Of a stretch of DNA of 64,000 nucleotides, positions 42,401 through 56,078 are shown in pieces. The notes beneath the pieces are model-generated. The model did no database searches. It saw only the letters and a program-made list of their open reading frames with translations, and was not told the DNA's origin. A program made the translations under genes and the position numbers. Source of the stretch: Styela clava (Eukaryota); assembly GCF_964204865.1 (NCBI RefSeq), contig NC_135257.1:14074001-14138000 (forward strand), in the 5' to 3' direction. The number at the start of each line of letters is the position of its first letter. Position 1 is the stretch's first letter.

Positions 42401-44919
42401 GAAAAACCTAATACGACGTCTCCATCATATGGTTGTTCAAGTCATTAGCAGTCATGTGTTTGCCTAATATGTTCTAACTCTATCTGTAACAGACCACCCT
42501 TTCATTGAATGGTGTGGAAATATTTAGGTGGCAAAATAGCAGCATCTTTGAATATTTATGCATAATAATTGAAAGTATTTTTTGTGTTGATTAATCAAAT
42601 CACTAACATTTGATAATGAATTTGCAAAAGTTCCTGAGACAGAAAAGTGTTGTGCGAGTGTATATGAAAGACACCGATAAACAACCTGTACAAATGAAAA
42701 TATAACCTTCTACAGTTAGAGCAATTTCTCCGTGTTATTAATCGTGCATTGATTTTTTCAGCATTAGCTTGCTTCTACGGATTTTGTGGAATTGGATTTG
42801 CATGTATGTGTTCTATACTCGGGAATATTCTTCAAACCTCTTTAACATTACTAGGAATTCTCGGAGGTCCTACATTGGGGATGTACACTATGGGTGCTGT
42901 GTTTCCATTAGCTAACTCTTGGGTATATTTGTCTAACATTAATCACTTTGATTTATTTTTTTATTTTTTCAATATGCACCATGTCTTTATGTTTATTTAT
43001 TACATTTTATTTTTATTCACAAATGCTCAAAGAAAGGTCACTATCTCACCACTGGAAATGAGATAATTTTTGGTAGAAAAGTAGGCTGTAGCTCTGAGAT
43101 ATCGATAAACATGGAAATCAAATTATAAGGTTGTCATACCAAAACTAATAAAGTTTTTGACAATGATTTTTAAGCTCTTGAAGTTAGGTTGACAATCTTT
43201 TTTTTTATTCTAGGGTGCTTCTATCGGATTCATTTCAGGTGTGTCATTCTCGTCATGGATATATGCTGGAAGTCGACATTATCCTCCTCAACTAAAATAT
43301 TGGAAGCCGAAATATCGATCTACTTCTGAATGTGTATCGGAGAATGAGGTTGAAAGCACATTTATTAGTATGATCAACACGACAATGAAAATGACAAATA
43401 CGTCTCCTTTTCTGTCAGAAACGGTTCCGAATACAGCTACTGCATCCATACAACCGTATGACGCACCACGTCCTGCTTTGGCTAACCTGTATGATGTATC
43501 ATATCTCTACTACGCGCCAATTGGTTTAGCAGTGACTTTGGTAGTCGGGCTTGTCGTCAGTGCTTTAACATGTAAGTACAAGTGACTGAGAAGTCATTAA
43601 AATATTTATTTTATTAGGATATCGTCACGCTAATAACCGAATTGCGTAAGTCATTTTTGGGTTTTTGCATTTCGGATTCTAGCTTAGCGCGTATAAATTT
43701 GAATTTACACTACGGTATAGAAAGACGTGCACTTGTGATATTCACTGTCCGAGTCCAATTCGCCTTGGTTGGCTTTTATATTGGGTACATTGCTGTTTTA
43801 TTCTTTATATTTAATCTTAGTCTTATTTCGGTGGGTGTGCAGAACGTGTTATATTGATGAAATATATATTGTTAAACATAAAAAATAATGTAATTGAAAC
43901 TGATTAGCTATTTTGGGGATTAGACACTGTATATAATGAGAATTACATTCGTCTTTGGAATGTTTAGTTTTCAGGACTGGTGCATATAGTAAAGTTGCAA
44001 AATTGCGTATGTCCCCAAGTCATAGTCACAGTGTGCCATTATGACGTCACTTAACTGCGTCATACAAATTAACTTAAATCCGGCAACGATCAAAAAATTG
44101 AACCATGGCAAATTATTGACTCTCAATGGCATAACAATATCATTAGGAAGTTTTTTACGTTTTTCTCAAAACTGCTAAAAATGACTTACGCAATTCGGTT
44201 ATTAGTGTGACGATATATAAAGGTAATCATTTTGTTTCAAAGAATATAGCCAGTTATACATATATATTTTGACTTAATATACATGAATGCAAGGTTAGTC
44301 AGGGCATAATTTATTACAAAACTCCTTATTTTAGATGGATATAAAAACTCTAAGAAAGTAGATTCAAAACTTTTCTTCCCAATATTTGAACATCGTTTAA
44401 TGAGGTTCATTCTGCCGATGAAAGTGCGAAATGTTCTTTGTTGTGGAATGCAGCTTGAGGGTATCACCGAAGTAAGTATTGTTGAATATGAATATTCTGA
44501 TATTGATTTGAAATTTAAAGTTTGTTATGTCACAGTTCTTGGTAGATATTTTTTTGTTTCACATTTTCTCAAATTAAAACTGCCATATCTTTAGGTGGCT
44601 ATAAAAGGAACGTTTTAAACACAAAATTTCCGTTTGGGCGTTGGAAAAATTTAATTTTAAACTAACGATTGGTAGAGAAATATGTTATGTTCTGATGCTC
44701 AGCTGCAGCTTTCAATATATACAACTATCCGCAAAATTGTAGTAAACCAACTTTTTCATTTTTCGAAAAGTTACGCACGTTACTAGCATACCGGGTTACT
44801 ATAAATATTATATTTGCTAATTTTGAAAAGCATTTTTGTAAACATTTTAGATGACGTCGCAACATGACAGCTTCGTTGTGAAAGATGAAACTGACGACGA
44901 CTTAATTGTCAACTCATAA
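36497..44919 (+). CDS. SLC5 sodium:solute symporter (SMVT/NIS/SMCT-like), paralog B; 14 exons, ~624 aa
   Basis: Exons 36497-36639, 37879-37989, 38427-38517, 39052-39169, 39668-39735, 40233-40387, 40542-40682, 40878-41007, 41397-41485, 41852-41955, 42762-42922, 43214-43571, 44335-44471, 44851-44919; exons 2-11 have the same sizes as in paralog A. Motifs [38 protein letters not shown]. Confidence 0.92.
41574..41633. mobile_element. Possible degenerate 60-bp hAT mini-element
   Basis: CAGTATTTTTCAGA ... GTTTAAGAACCACTG with flanks CCATATAC / TCATAGAC (6/8 match). Confidence 0.3.
43623..44212. mobile_element. Non-autonomous DNA transposon with ~36 bp TIRs and ATAT flanks (possibly Sola1-like)
   Basis: CGTCACGCTAATAACCGAATTGCGTAAGTCATTTTT versus AAAAATGACTTACGCAATTCGGTTATTAGTGTGACG; ATAT on both sides. 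The superfamily call is inferred only from the AWWT-type 4-bp TSD. Confidence 0.75.
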
Positions 44920-45634
44920 TCAAATAAATCAGGGATGTGCAATCTGCGGCCCACAAGAAAAAATTTTGCGACCCACGGAAAAGCGCTAATTTTGAATGAT
45001 TGCATGCGCGCAAAGCGAGTTTTCAATTTACGTGCAAGAAATTCCACTCCCTTCGAGTCGCAAGAGTCTTAGCTCATCATTTCTGCGAGGATCCCTGATC
45101 AATAACAAAAAGAAACAACTTTTGTGCCGACAACTAAATAAAGGTGCGGCCCTCGGTTTCACTCGGTTATTTGTATCTGGCCCTCCTGTATTTAAAGATT
45201 GCACACCCCTGAAACACGGAACAAGCAATCTTCATCGTTTTTCATATTGAGTAGTAGAATTCTTCAGTTTTAATAACTACGTATTACTTAATATTTGGTT
45301 TATTGCCATCGAATGATAATAAATAAATGAACTGAAAACGCGTACATTGTATGTGGAAAACCAGAGATATAGCTGAATGATATTTATATCGTAGCAATTT
45401 ATTACATTTAATTTACACTTTGTATGAGTACCTTGTATATTTCGATCAATAGCCGTTTTGGAGTATCTCTAAGCGTAAGAATACCATCACATTTCAGCAA
45501 CGAGCTCAGCTTCACCCTGTCAAAATAACCTAATGCATGATAAATTTGATGTAACGTGAGCATAATAGTTTGCACTAGTCTTTAATCTGGTTAGTTTGCG
45601 CCAATTTACTACCAATTGGCAATAAATTATAGTG

Positions 45635-46507
45635 CAGAGATGGCGAACCTTTTTCAATGAATGGGTCAAAAATTATAATTTTATCGCGGAACAGAAGAGA
45701 GATAGATATTTAATTCACGATTGTATCTATAAGAAACTTCTGAAACAAATCTTATAAGCTGGTGTTGGTGTAGTTTTGGGCTTTACTTATGCAGCACTTC
45801 TATCAGGGACTTTTCATGGCACTCGGTTTTATGATATTAGAGTACGAAAACACGCACATGAATTACCAAAAACGTTTAGAATGATGCGTTAAATTATTTT
45901 ACGGTTCTAGTGTTTGGAGGTAATTCCACTTTGATAGTGTTATAATTTTCGATCAGCTTCCAACCACATTAAGCCACTTTTACACTGCCCCATTGTTATA
46001 TCAGATTTCTAGATTTTTATTTCAAGTCTGAAAGTTTTTGTTTTCACAACGGCATTGTAGACGAGAAACTAATAAAATGCAAAGTAGCATCTAGTTCTCG
46101 TATAACCACTGAAACAGTCTGCAGATGCACTTCCAAAAAAGACAGGCGTTGCGAGAGATGAACAGATCAATTGCCTTGTTATGTCATAAACGATGTCAGG
46201 CCCAATAGCTGAATAACGGTACACAGCGGTGCATACATGCGTACAAGATTAGGGGTTTTGAAAATTACCATACCGGCTCCAAAATCAACATTTTGAACAT
46301 GAGCGATCGCAGCCCTTCCTGACTGTCCAACTGAAGGTACATTATAATAGTTTAGTTATTGTTAGATTAATTTAAGGCCGGTTTTATCAATTTTTATCAC
46401 TGATATGTTAGCATTTTTTTATTTTATTCGTGCCTTCGCTTGGCGGGTAACAAATAAAACGCGGTGGGTCACTTTGTGACCCGCGGGTCAGTGGTTCGCC
46501 ATCCCTG
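45635..46507. mobile_element. Non-autonomous hAT element (873 bp), present only in duplication unit 1
   Basis: TIRs CAGAGATGGCGAACC / GGTTCGCCATCCCTG; flanks TTATAGTG (left) and ATAGTG (right). Confidence 0.88.
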
Positions 46508-47511
46508 ATAGTGTATTGAAGATAGAATTCCAATATCATTATTATCGCCAGCACATTTCTCATGTTTGGGCAACCATCTGTTGTGGCGCATTGTGACATC
46601 ATAGATTGTGACCTAGCCCTAGTATACGTATCCTGAATCTTTATGCATCATTGCGCTTCGGAAGTATTCGTATCAAGATGACGCACAACCTGAACAACCC
46701 TTACCTGGTACCCATACTGTGTTCAGATTGGGTGCCATGCATTTTATAATATCCATACTGAACGTCTGTGGGCAAACAACGTCTAACTGTAGCCATAAAG
46801 AAAAATATAAAATTGCAGGTTTAAAAATATTGCTAATATAGCTATGCCTTCTGACAAATATAGACGTTCGTATTGTCATTGCATACTTTAATACTCGGGC
46901 ATCCCCAAAATTGACGACTTATATTTCCTTGTTATTTGAGCTCTGTGTGTTTTGTTGACCAGTCAAATAGAAAATAAGTTATTCTAGATTTGTCTTTATT
47001 AGTTGTCTATCGCTATATCGAAATTACATGGAAGCCCAACTGTTAGTATGTTGAAAAAATGGTAAAAAAAAGTTTGCGATCAGATTTAATACTCCATAAT
47101 TAATTTCAGAAAACTTCCGTGCACGTCGACAACACCTAAAAGTACAAAATTGATCACGTTTTAACAGAACACATATTTACTCAAAATCATATTTATCTCA
47201 ACGCTAAGTCTTTCTGTGAGACTTTACAACTGCAGTTTTAACGAGCTATCTAATATAGATGGCAACGCATAAAAAGTATTTCTCATTTTTTCTAGCAGTT
47301 GTGTAGAATACATTAATCTCCCGGAATTAAACTCTTCAGATTTAATGTTACAAAACTGTTAAAAGCTGTCGGTCTATGTGAACCGTATCAGCGTTGATAT
47401 TTTCGCACTTTCACGTAGATATTACATAGCTTAACGATTTAAAATATTGCCATTAGTGTGAGTTTGTTCACAGTGAATTCTATACAAAAATTTTCATTCT
47501 TCAATCTATAG

Positions 47512-48330
47512 CAGTGGTTCTCAACCTGTGGTACGCGTACCACTAGTGGTCCGCGGAAGATGATCAAGTGGTACGCGAGCAGCTTTAACTTATTGCAACA
47601 ATTAACTTTTGAGTTAGCCAAAATATGCCGACAACGCTTTATCTTCCATACTGTATGTATTCGCTGAACGGCCTGAATGTTTCCCCGATTTCCTATAGTT
47701 TACTTCCGTATTCAGCAACAATCGGTAAAAAATGCTTCGTTTTTGTAGTTTTGCGTGTTATTTGTCAGTTTTCAGTTGCGTTTAAAAAAAAATTGTGAAT
47801 TAAATATCTTAATTGTCATTATGTCTTCAAAGGAGCATTAATTTAATTGCTGTAATCAAAAATGAGTCTCGCAAATGCTGCGATAGACTAATCTAAACTA
47901 AGCTATCAGTGCCTGTAAGCGGCACATGGTTGATTAATTTTAATAAAAATGAGGGTTTCCAAACACGTAAACCAGGTTATAAGCGCCAACACATCAAAAC
48001 AATCTCGAAATAAGTATAAAAAATTTTGCAATAGTAAAGTATAGGAAGAATTTCTCTGGGGTCAAGGGTCGGAGAAACGTCTTATCGGCCAGTCCAGTCT
48101 TTAGAGATCGCCCTCGCCTGCTATTGTCCACAAAGGAATCGAGATTGTCATGTTTTCGTCCGCCTTGCGAATTAGGTCACTAAGGATGTAGTGCCACATT
48201 ATAAAATACTCCCATAGCGCGTGTCTTGTGCCATTGTTCTCCGCGCCAAAAAGGGGGCTCTTTAGTGCTACGCGGCCAGAGTAAAAAACAGTAAAGTGTT
48301 ACGCGGTTAGTAAAAGGTTGAGAACCACTG
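47512..48330. mobile_element. Non-autonomous hAT (Charlie-type) MITE, 819 bp
   Basis: TIRs CAGTGGTTCTCAACC / GGTTGAGAACCACTG; perfect 8-bp TSD ATCTATAG. Confidence 0.92.
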
Positions 48331-48632
48331 ATCTATAGAAATAATTTCTACAAATTTTTGCACCAACGCGGTCTATCTTGAAAGCGATTTTTGTGTATCC
48401 AGTATCCACCAACTGAAAATTAAATGATAATAGAGAACAAATCATGAGAAATTTTTGTTTATTCGGTAGGATGGTGTATAATAACGACGACGAAGACAGA
48501 AAGTTGTTAAAAAATGATAAACACTTCAATGGTATCTTCACTGGATAGCCATTAGATTGCCCTCGTGCGGACAAATGTTATTTTCAAAAATTGGAGCAGT
48601 CTCTTAGATGCACAGATAGTTTCGTTTAACTT

Positions 48633-51600
48633 TCACTTCTCGAGGTGGGCTGGAACAAACGCATTATCTGTCATTTCTAAGGCAAGATTAGAGTGTCCCT
48701 TCTCTAGGTCTGATGATTTACGCTCAAGGTCGGAATCCTGTTAAAACATAAATATAGAAGGGGTTATGCGTCACAAGCAGATGCAATGTCCAAACCTTGT
48801 CGTGGAGCCTAAAGAGCAAGGTCGTTTAGTACTTGCAGACTGACGGATGCTCAAAACTATGCTCTATAGCCTATGGTGCCAACATTTAGTAATTGTATCA
48901 CGCTGACACACCAGTTGGGAAGAAAAATATCCTAGTGCTCACTTCACTAACAAATGCAGTTCAATAACGCAAAATAAATAAATACCTCAGCAGCATTCGA
49001 TTGATTGTGATCGACTCCACACCACATTATCATGCGAAATCCTTTAGGCAGGCAATATTTAATCAACGGATGATCAAAAACAGGTACGATTAGCTTTGGA
49101 TCAATTTCACCAACATGCCGATGTCCACCTGAATTACAAGGTTAAAACTGATATGCATATAGTTTGCTGTAAATTGAAACAAACTGAGATAAACGTATTT
49201 ACAGGTTAACAGGCTTATCAGAAGTCCGGCCACTGTAGTAGCTGCAAATCCAATTGCAGCATAATACGCGTAGGAAACGGCATATACATCAGCTACTGTA
49301 GGTCGGAGCACTGAGGATGCAGATGTTGTTGAATGATCGACGATATCAAATGCTGAAGAGATTTCTGTAACACTTATTGTTGAAATTTTGGAGGACAGTA
49401 TTGTAGAGGAATTGTAGAAAGGGCTGTCGTTTGCCAGTGTACAGTTGGTAGTTGAAAGATGTCTTGGCTTCCAAAATTGTTGGAGTGGTGGTGGATGATC
49501 GCGACTTCCAGCATATATCCACGATACTAAGGATATACCAACAAAAAAGCCAGAGAAAGAACCCTAAATGAACGTGAAAATGTTTTTTTTTTTTAGGAAT
49601 ATTTAAAGTACATGATTGGGGACATCAGGCATCTACTGGAAAGTATATTTTATTGCATAGTGAATTTCATTTTACAGTATAAAGAAAAAAACATTAACTA
49701 ACCAGAAAATGACATGTATACAGAATATATGATGACCAACAAAAACAATTATCAGATTAGAGCAATCCACAATAATGAGGTGATTAGAAAACTAGAATAT
49801 TCTGAGATTAAAAATTTAACACCGAGAGAATTTGTGCTAGTGTACACATGCAATGATTAAAATGTATGCCAAAAGTAGTGGTGGGACTCACCCACGAGTT
49901 TGCCGGTGGAAACATAGCACCCAGAGTGTACATCCCTAAAGTGGGACCTCCAACGATTGATAATAAGGTTAATGTTGTTTGCAAAATATTACCAAGTATT
50001 GTTGAAAGACAAGCAAACCCAATACTTAAAATTCCGTAGAAGAAAACCTCAACTGAAAAACAGATTGAAACAAGTTAATACACGTATTGTATACAAAACA
50101 TAAGAGTTCATCAATATTTACTATTGAAACTGCAGCGCTATTTGATGTTATTGAATTTTTTGGCTAATGTAACTATTCAATATTTACAATACAGGACGCG
50201 AATATCACTTGAATAGTCTGATATCTTTTGAAGATATTACAGCTAATGTTTGAAAGCTTATGCTGTACTGTATGTAATAATATATGGGTATGTGAGTGAC
50301 AATAAGGTTACAGACGTAAATCGGATTTCTTTCCAATTTGCATTTGACTACACCACATTGTTCGTCTCGTGTTACCTTTTATTCGCCAGCGTATGTAACC
50401 ACAGGTAAAAGCTAGAATCTTTACTTCAGAAAGATCTATTGAAATATCAAGAAAATCAGACCATTTATCAACATCTATTACAAAAAAACAAACCTTTTGC
50501 AGATATTGTCAAAGTGCGGTCACTCCAATTTACAAAAGGGCGAATGAGATCTTCTACAGTAACGCAAGACAAAGCGTTTATTCCGGCAGAAACGGGACTG
50601 AAAATTGATTGAAAAGTCGTAATTTTTGTTTTCGAAAGAAACTTATAGAATTTTTAAAAGTTTAAATGAAAAACTACCTCAAACTGCATGCAAACACTGC
50701 AGCCATGAATGCACCTGTGAATCCTGGATTACCATGAAACATCGATAAAACCATGAGAGGAAGCAACTGGAAAAAGTTTCGACAATTTTAAAATGATTGT
50801 GCCAATATAGCACAACAAAGTACATATACCGATTATTTGAGGGGAGTATTGTAAATAGGGATTCGATTTAATGCAGTACTGTTTATAATCCATGTAAGCT
50901 GTTTTTAAACCAGAGAGCTATGCTCAAATATATGGACACGTCACAAGGTGTCGCTATCATTTATTCTGACACATTAAAAACGAATCTCTCAAAGTTCACA
51001 GAAATTTTTGAAATATATAAAAGTAATAGTTTTCTGGCGAAAAAATCAATCTCTAACCACTGAAAATTTCAAAGAAATTGGTCCAGTACTCGAAGACAAG
51101 AGCGATATTATCATGACGAAGGAGAAGAAAAACAAAAACAACAACATAATATTGAAACGATCGGTATGTCCACTGACGTGTCCAATAACTTTACAATGTA
51201 TGTATACCTGGTCAGGAGAAGTCGCTTGTTTCATTGACAACGGATCGCAATTGTGAAAATAGGAGTACGTAACCCAGCCCAAAACCATGCATAGCAGAAG
51301 AACAAAAGTCACAATCGCGGCACAAGTTATCATGGCTCTGTGGAAAGAATGATATGGTAAAACATTAATCATATATTCCCCATGTATGAACAGTTATATT
51401 ATATTGAGAAAGCAAGGAAATGAACAAACATATAATTACATAAAATTGATAGTCTAAATCTAAAATGATTTATATATATTTATACATTACAGTTTCGCAT
51501 CTTTTGCAGATGTACAGACTAAGAATCTTTGTACTTGTGATTGTGTTGTAGCGAACACGCTCGTCCACATTATTGTTAAACCCACTGTGACGCTCCAGGC

Positions 51601-52411
51601 AGAATGACGTACTCTAGGATCGAGGCTGAAACTGATGGGAATAAAAAAATTAAAATAATATGACGTCATTAATATGATCATTATGGCACCAACTGCTATA
51701 GTTATATTGTATTATATCACAGTGAAATATAAAATTCAAACGAATTTATTTGTTCGAGATCAATTGCATTATGTGTGAACATATTTTATTCATTTTTAGA
51801 TGAATAATAAGGAAATCGGGTTGTGAGTGTATTTTCGGGGGTCTGGTTTAACATGAAACAATTATCTCACGTACATCTCCAATTTAAAATTCAATCGAAT
51901 TAAATCCTGAAAGAGACGCTTTGAAAAATTGTTTGTCATTGTTTTTTAATAAAATAATGAGTTAATAATAACCATGAGAAAGGTAAATACTTACTCATTG
52001 AAAGTAAAACGATCTGTTTCGTAGTTGGCCAACCAAACTTTGTACCATCCTCCCACGCTGTTCGCGCTCGTAAACAAGACTATAATTAAGATCAATATGA
52101 TCAAGATTCCTTGAAATACATGGGTTAACATCACCCCTTTGAGGCCACCCTGCATTTTGAAAATAATAATAAAAAAAAAATACATGACTGTCAAGCAGAA
52201 AATTTGTACAAATTTATTCTCCTTACCAAAGTTGTGTAAATAGAACAAACAATTCCAGTGGTAAAAATTGCCGCCCATAAATTGAAGCCAGAAACTAAAT
52301 AAAAAGTATAAATGTCATTATTAGTGAGAGGTTTACACTTTCATTGTAATTTACTGTAAAATGCTGTTGAAATATTGTTGGTTACCTTGTGCAAAAGCTA
52401 AAGACGGGGCA
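48633..52411 (-). pseudogene. 5'-truncated duplicate of SLC5 paralog C (last 26 nt of exon 4 plus exons 5-14)
   Basis: Near-identical to 56079-59856; no promoter or exons 1-3 because the junction at 52411/52413 cuts exon 4. Splice sites are intact. Changes include Met->Glu (50048-50050) and NPA->NLA (48684-48686). Confidence 0.85.
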
Positions 52412-52696
52412 ATTAACTGCGTCATACAAATTAACTTAAATCCGGCAACGATCAAAAAATTGAACCATGGCAAATTATTGACTCTCAATGGCATAACAAT
52501 ATCATTAGGAAGTTTTTTACGTTTTTCTCAAAACTGCTAAAAATGACTTACGCAATTCGGTTATTAGTGTGACGATATATAAAGGTAATCATTTTGTTTC
52601 AAAGAATATAGCCAGTTATACATATATATTTTGACCTAATGTACATGAATGCAATGTTAGTCAGGGCATAATTTATTACAAAACTCCTTATTTTAG

Positions 52697-53266
52697 ATGG
52701 ATATAAAAACTCTAGGAAAGTAGATTCAAAACTTTTCTTCCCAATATTTGAACATCGTTTAATGAGGTTTATTCTGCCGATGAAAGTGCGAAATGTTCTT
52801 TGTTGTGGAATGCAGCTTGAGGGTATCACCGAAGTAAGTATTGTTGAATATGAATATTCTGATATTTATTTGAAATTGAAAGTTTGTTATGTCACAGTTC
52901 TTGGTAGATATTTTTTTGTTTCACATTTTCTCAAATTAAAACTGCCATATCTTTAGGTGGCTATAAAAGGAACGTTTTAAACACAAAATTTCCATTTGGG
53001 CGTTGGAAAAATTTAATTTTAAACTAATGATTGGTAAAGAAATATGTTATGTTCTGATGCTCAGCTGCAGCTTTCAATATATAAAACTATCCGCAAAATT
53101 GTAGTAAACCAACTTTTTCATTTTTCGAATAGTTACGCACGTTACTAGCATACCGGGTTACTATAAATATTATATTTGCTAATTTTGAAAAGTATTTTTG
53201 TAAACATTTTAGATGACGTCGCAACATGACAGCTTCGTTGTGAAAGATGAAACTGACGACGACTAA
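52697..53266 (+). pseudogene. Orphan duplicate of SLC5 paralog B exons 13-14
   Basis: Exon 13' 52697-52833; exon 14' from 53213; TTA->TAA at 53264-53266 ends the frame 5 codons earlier than the copy at 44851-44919. Confidence 0.85.
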
Positions 53267-54961
53267 ATTGTCAACCCATAATCAAATAAATCAGGGATGT
53301 GCAATCTGCGGCCCACAAGGAAAAATTTTGCGGCCCACGGAAAAGTGCTAATTTTGAATGATTGCATGCGCGCAAAGCGAGTTTTCAATTTACGTGCAAG
53401 AAATTCCACTCCCTTCGAGTCGCAAGAGTCTTAGCTCATCATTTCTGCAAGAATTCCTGGTCAATAACAAAAAGAAACAACTTTTGTGCCGACAACTAAA
53501 TAAAGATGCGGCCCTCGGTTTCACTCGGTTATTTGTATCTGGCTCTCCTGTATTTAAAGATTGCACACCCCTGAAGCACGGAACAAGCAATCTTTATCGT
53601 TTTTCATATTGAGTAGTAGAATTCTTCGGTTTTAATAACTACGTATTGCTTAATATTTGGTTTATTGCCATCGAATGATAATAAATAAATGAACTGAAAA
53701 CGCGTACATTGTATGTGGAAAACCAGAGAAATAGCTGAATGATATTTATATCGTAGCAATTTATTACATTCAATTTACACTTTGTATGAGTACCTTGTAT
53801 ATTTCGATCAATAGCCGTTTTGGAGTATCTCTAAGCGTAAGAATACCATCACATTTCAGCAACGAGCTCAGCTTCACCCTGTCAAAATAACCTAATGCAT
53901 GATAAATTTGATGTAACGTGAGCATAATAGTTTGCACTAGTCTTTAATCTGGTTAGTTTGCGCCAATTTACTACCAATTGGCAATAAATTATAGTCAATA
54001 TAGTGTATTGAAGATAGAATTCCAATATCATTATTATCGCCAGCACATTTCTCATGTTTGGGCGACCATCTGTTGTGGCGCATTGTGACATCATAGATTG
54101 TGACCTAGCCCTAGTATACGTATTCTGAATCTTCATGCGTCATTGCGCTTCGGAAGTTTTCGTATCAGGATGACGCACAACCTGAACAACCCTTACCTGG
54201 TACCCATACTGTGTTCAGATTGGGCGCCATGCATTTTTTGATATCCATACTACACGTCTGTGGGCAAACAACCCAAACAACGTCTAACTTTAGCCATAAA
54301 CAAAAATATAAAACTGCGCGTTTAAAAATATTGCTAATATAGCTATGCCTTCTGACAAATATAGACGTTCGTATTGTCATTGCATACTTTAATACTCGGG
54401 CATCCCCAAAATTGACGACTTATATTTCCTTGTTATTTGAGCTCTGTGTGTTTTGTTGACCAGTCAAATAGAAAATAAGTTATTCTAGATTTGTCTTTAT
54501 TAGTTGTCTATCGCTCTATCGAAATTACATGGAAGCCCAACTGTTAGTATGTTGAAAAAATGGTAAAAAAAAGTTTGCGATGAGATTTAATACTCCATAA
54601 TTAATTTCAGAAAACTTCCGTGCACGTCGACAACACCTAAAAGTACAAAATTGATCACGTTTTAACAGAGACTTTACAACTGCAGTTTTAACGAGCTATC
54701 TAATATAGATGGCAACGTATGAAAAGTATTTCTCATTTTTTCTAGCAGTTGTGTAGAATACATTAATCTTCCGGAATTAAACTCTTCAGATTTAATGTTA
54801 CAAAACTGTTAAAAGCTGTCGGTCTATGTGAACCGTATCAGCGTTGATATTTTCGCACTTTCACGTAGATATTACATAGCTTAACGATTTAAAATATTGC
54901 CATTAGAGTGAGTTCGTTCACAGTGAATTCTATACAAAAATTTTTATTCTTCAATCTATAG

Positions 54962-55777
54962 CAGTGGTTCTCAACCTGTGGTACGCGTACCACTAGTGGT
55001 CCGCGGAAGATGATCAAGTGGTACGCGAGCAGCTTTAACTTATTGCAACAATTAACTTTTGAGTTAGCCAAAATATGCCGACAACGCTTCATCTTCCATA
55101 CTGTATGTATTCGCTGAACGGCCTGAATGTTTCCCCGATTTCCTAGTTTACTTCCGTATTCAGCAACATTCGGTAAAAAATGCTTCGTTTTTGTAGTTTT
55201 GCGTGTTATTTGTCAGTTTTCAGTTGCGTTTAAAAAAAATTGTGAATCAAATATCTTAATTGTCATTATGTCTTCAAAGGAGCATTAATTTAATTGCTGT
55301 AATCAAAAATGAGTCTCGCAAATGCTGCGATAGACTAATCTAAACTAAGCTATCAGTGCCTGTAAGCGGCACATGGTTGATTAATTTTAATAAAAATGAG
55401 GGTTTCCAAACACGTAAACCAGGTTATAAGCGCCAACACATCAAAACAATCTCGAAATAAGTATAAAAAAATTTGCAATAGTAAAGTATAGGAAGAATTT
55501 CTCTGGGGTCAAGGGTCGGAGAAACGTCTTATCGGCCAGTCCAGTCTTTAGAGATCGCCCTCGCCTGCTATTGTCCACGAAGGAATCGAGGTTGTCATGT
55601 TTTCGACCGCCTTGCGAATTAGGTCACTAAGGATGTAGTGCCACATTATAAATTACTCCCATAGCGCGTGTCTTTTGCCATTGTTCCCCGCGCCAAAAAG
55701 AGGGCTCTTTAGTGCTACGCGGCCAGAGTAAAAAACAGTAAAGTGGTACGCGGTTAGTAAAAGGTTGACAACCACTG
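54962..55777. mobile_element. Duplicate copy of the hAT MITE at 47512
   Basis: CAGTGGTTCTCAACC ... GGTTGACAACCACTG; TSD ATCTATAG. Confidence 0.9.
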
Positions 55778-56078
55778 ATCTATAGAAATAATTTCTACAA
55801 ATTTTTGCACCAACGCGGTCTATCTTGAAAGCGATTTTTGTGTATCCAGTATCCACCAACTGAAAATTAAATGATAATAGAGAACAAATCATGAGAAATT
55901 TTTGTTTATTCGGTAGGATGGTGTGTAATAACGACGACGAAGACAGAAAGTTGTTAAAAATGATAAACACTTCAATGGTATCTTCACTGGATGGCCATTA
56001 GATTGCCCTCGTGCGGACAAATGTTATTTTCAAAATTTGGAGCAGTCTCTTAGATGCACAGATAGTTTCGTTTAACTT

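Larger units (their letters stand above)
44051..52411 (+). repeat. Tandem segmental duplication, unit 1 (8361 bp)
   Basis: Starts TTAACTGCGTCATACAAATTAAC as at 52413 and ends AAAGACGGGGCA as at 59856; near-identical throughout apart from scattered SNPs/indels and the 873-bp hAT element. Confidence 0.95.

Noticed and set aside
48633-52411. A fourth independent SLC5 gene
   Set aside because: It lacks exons 1-3 and most of exon 4 and has no start; treated as an orphan duplicate.
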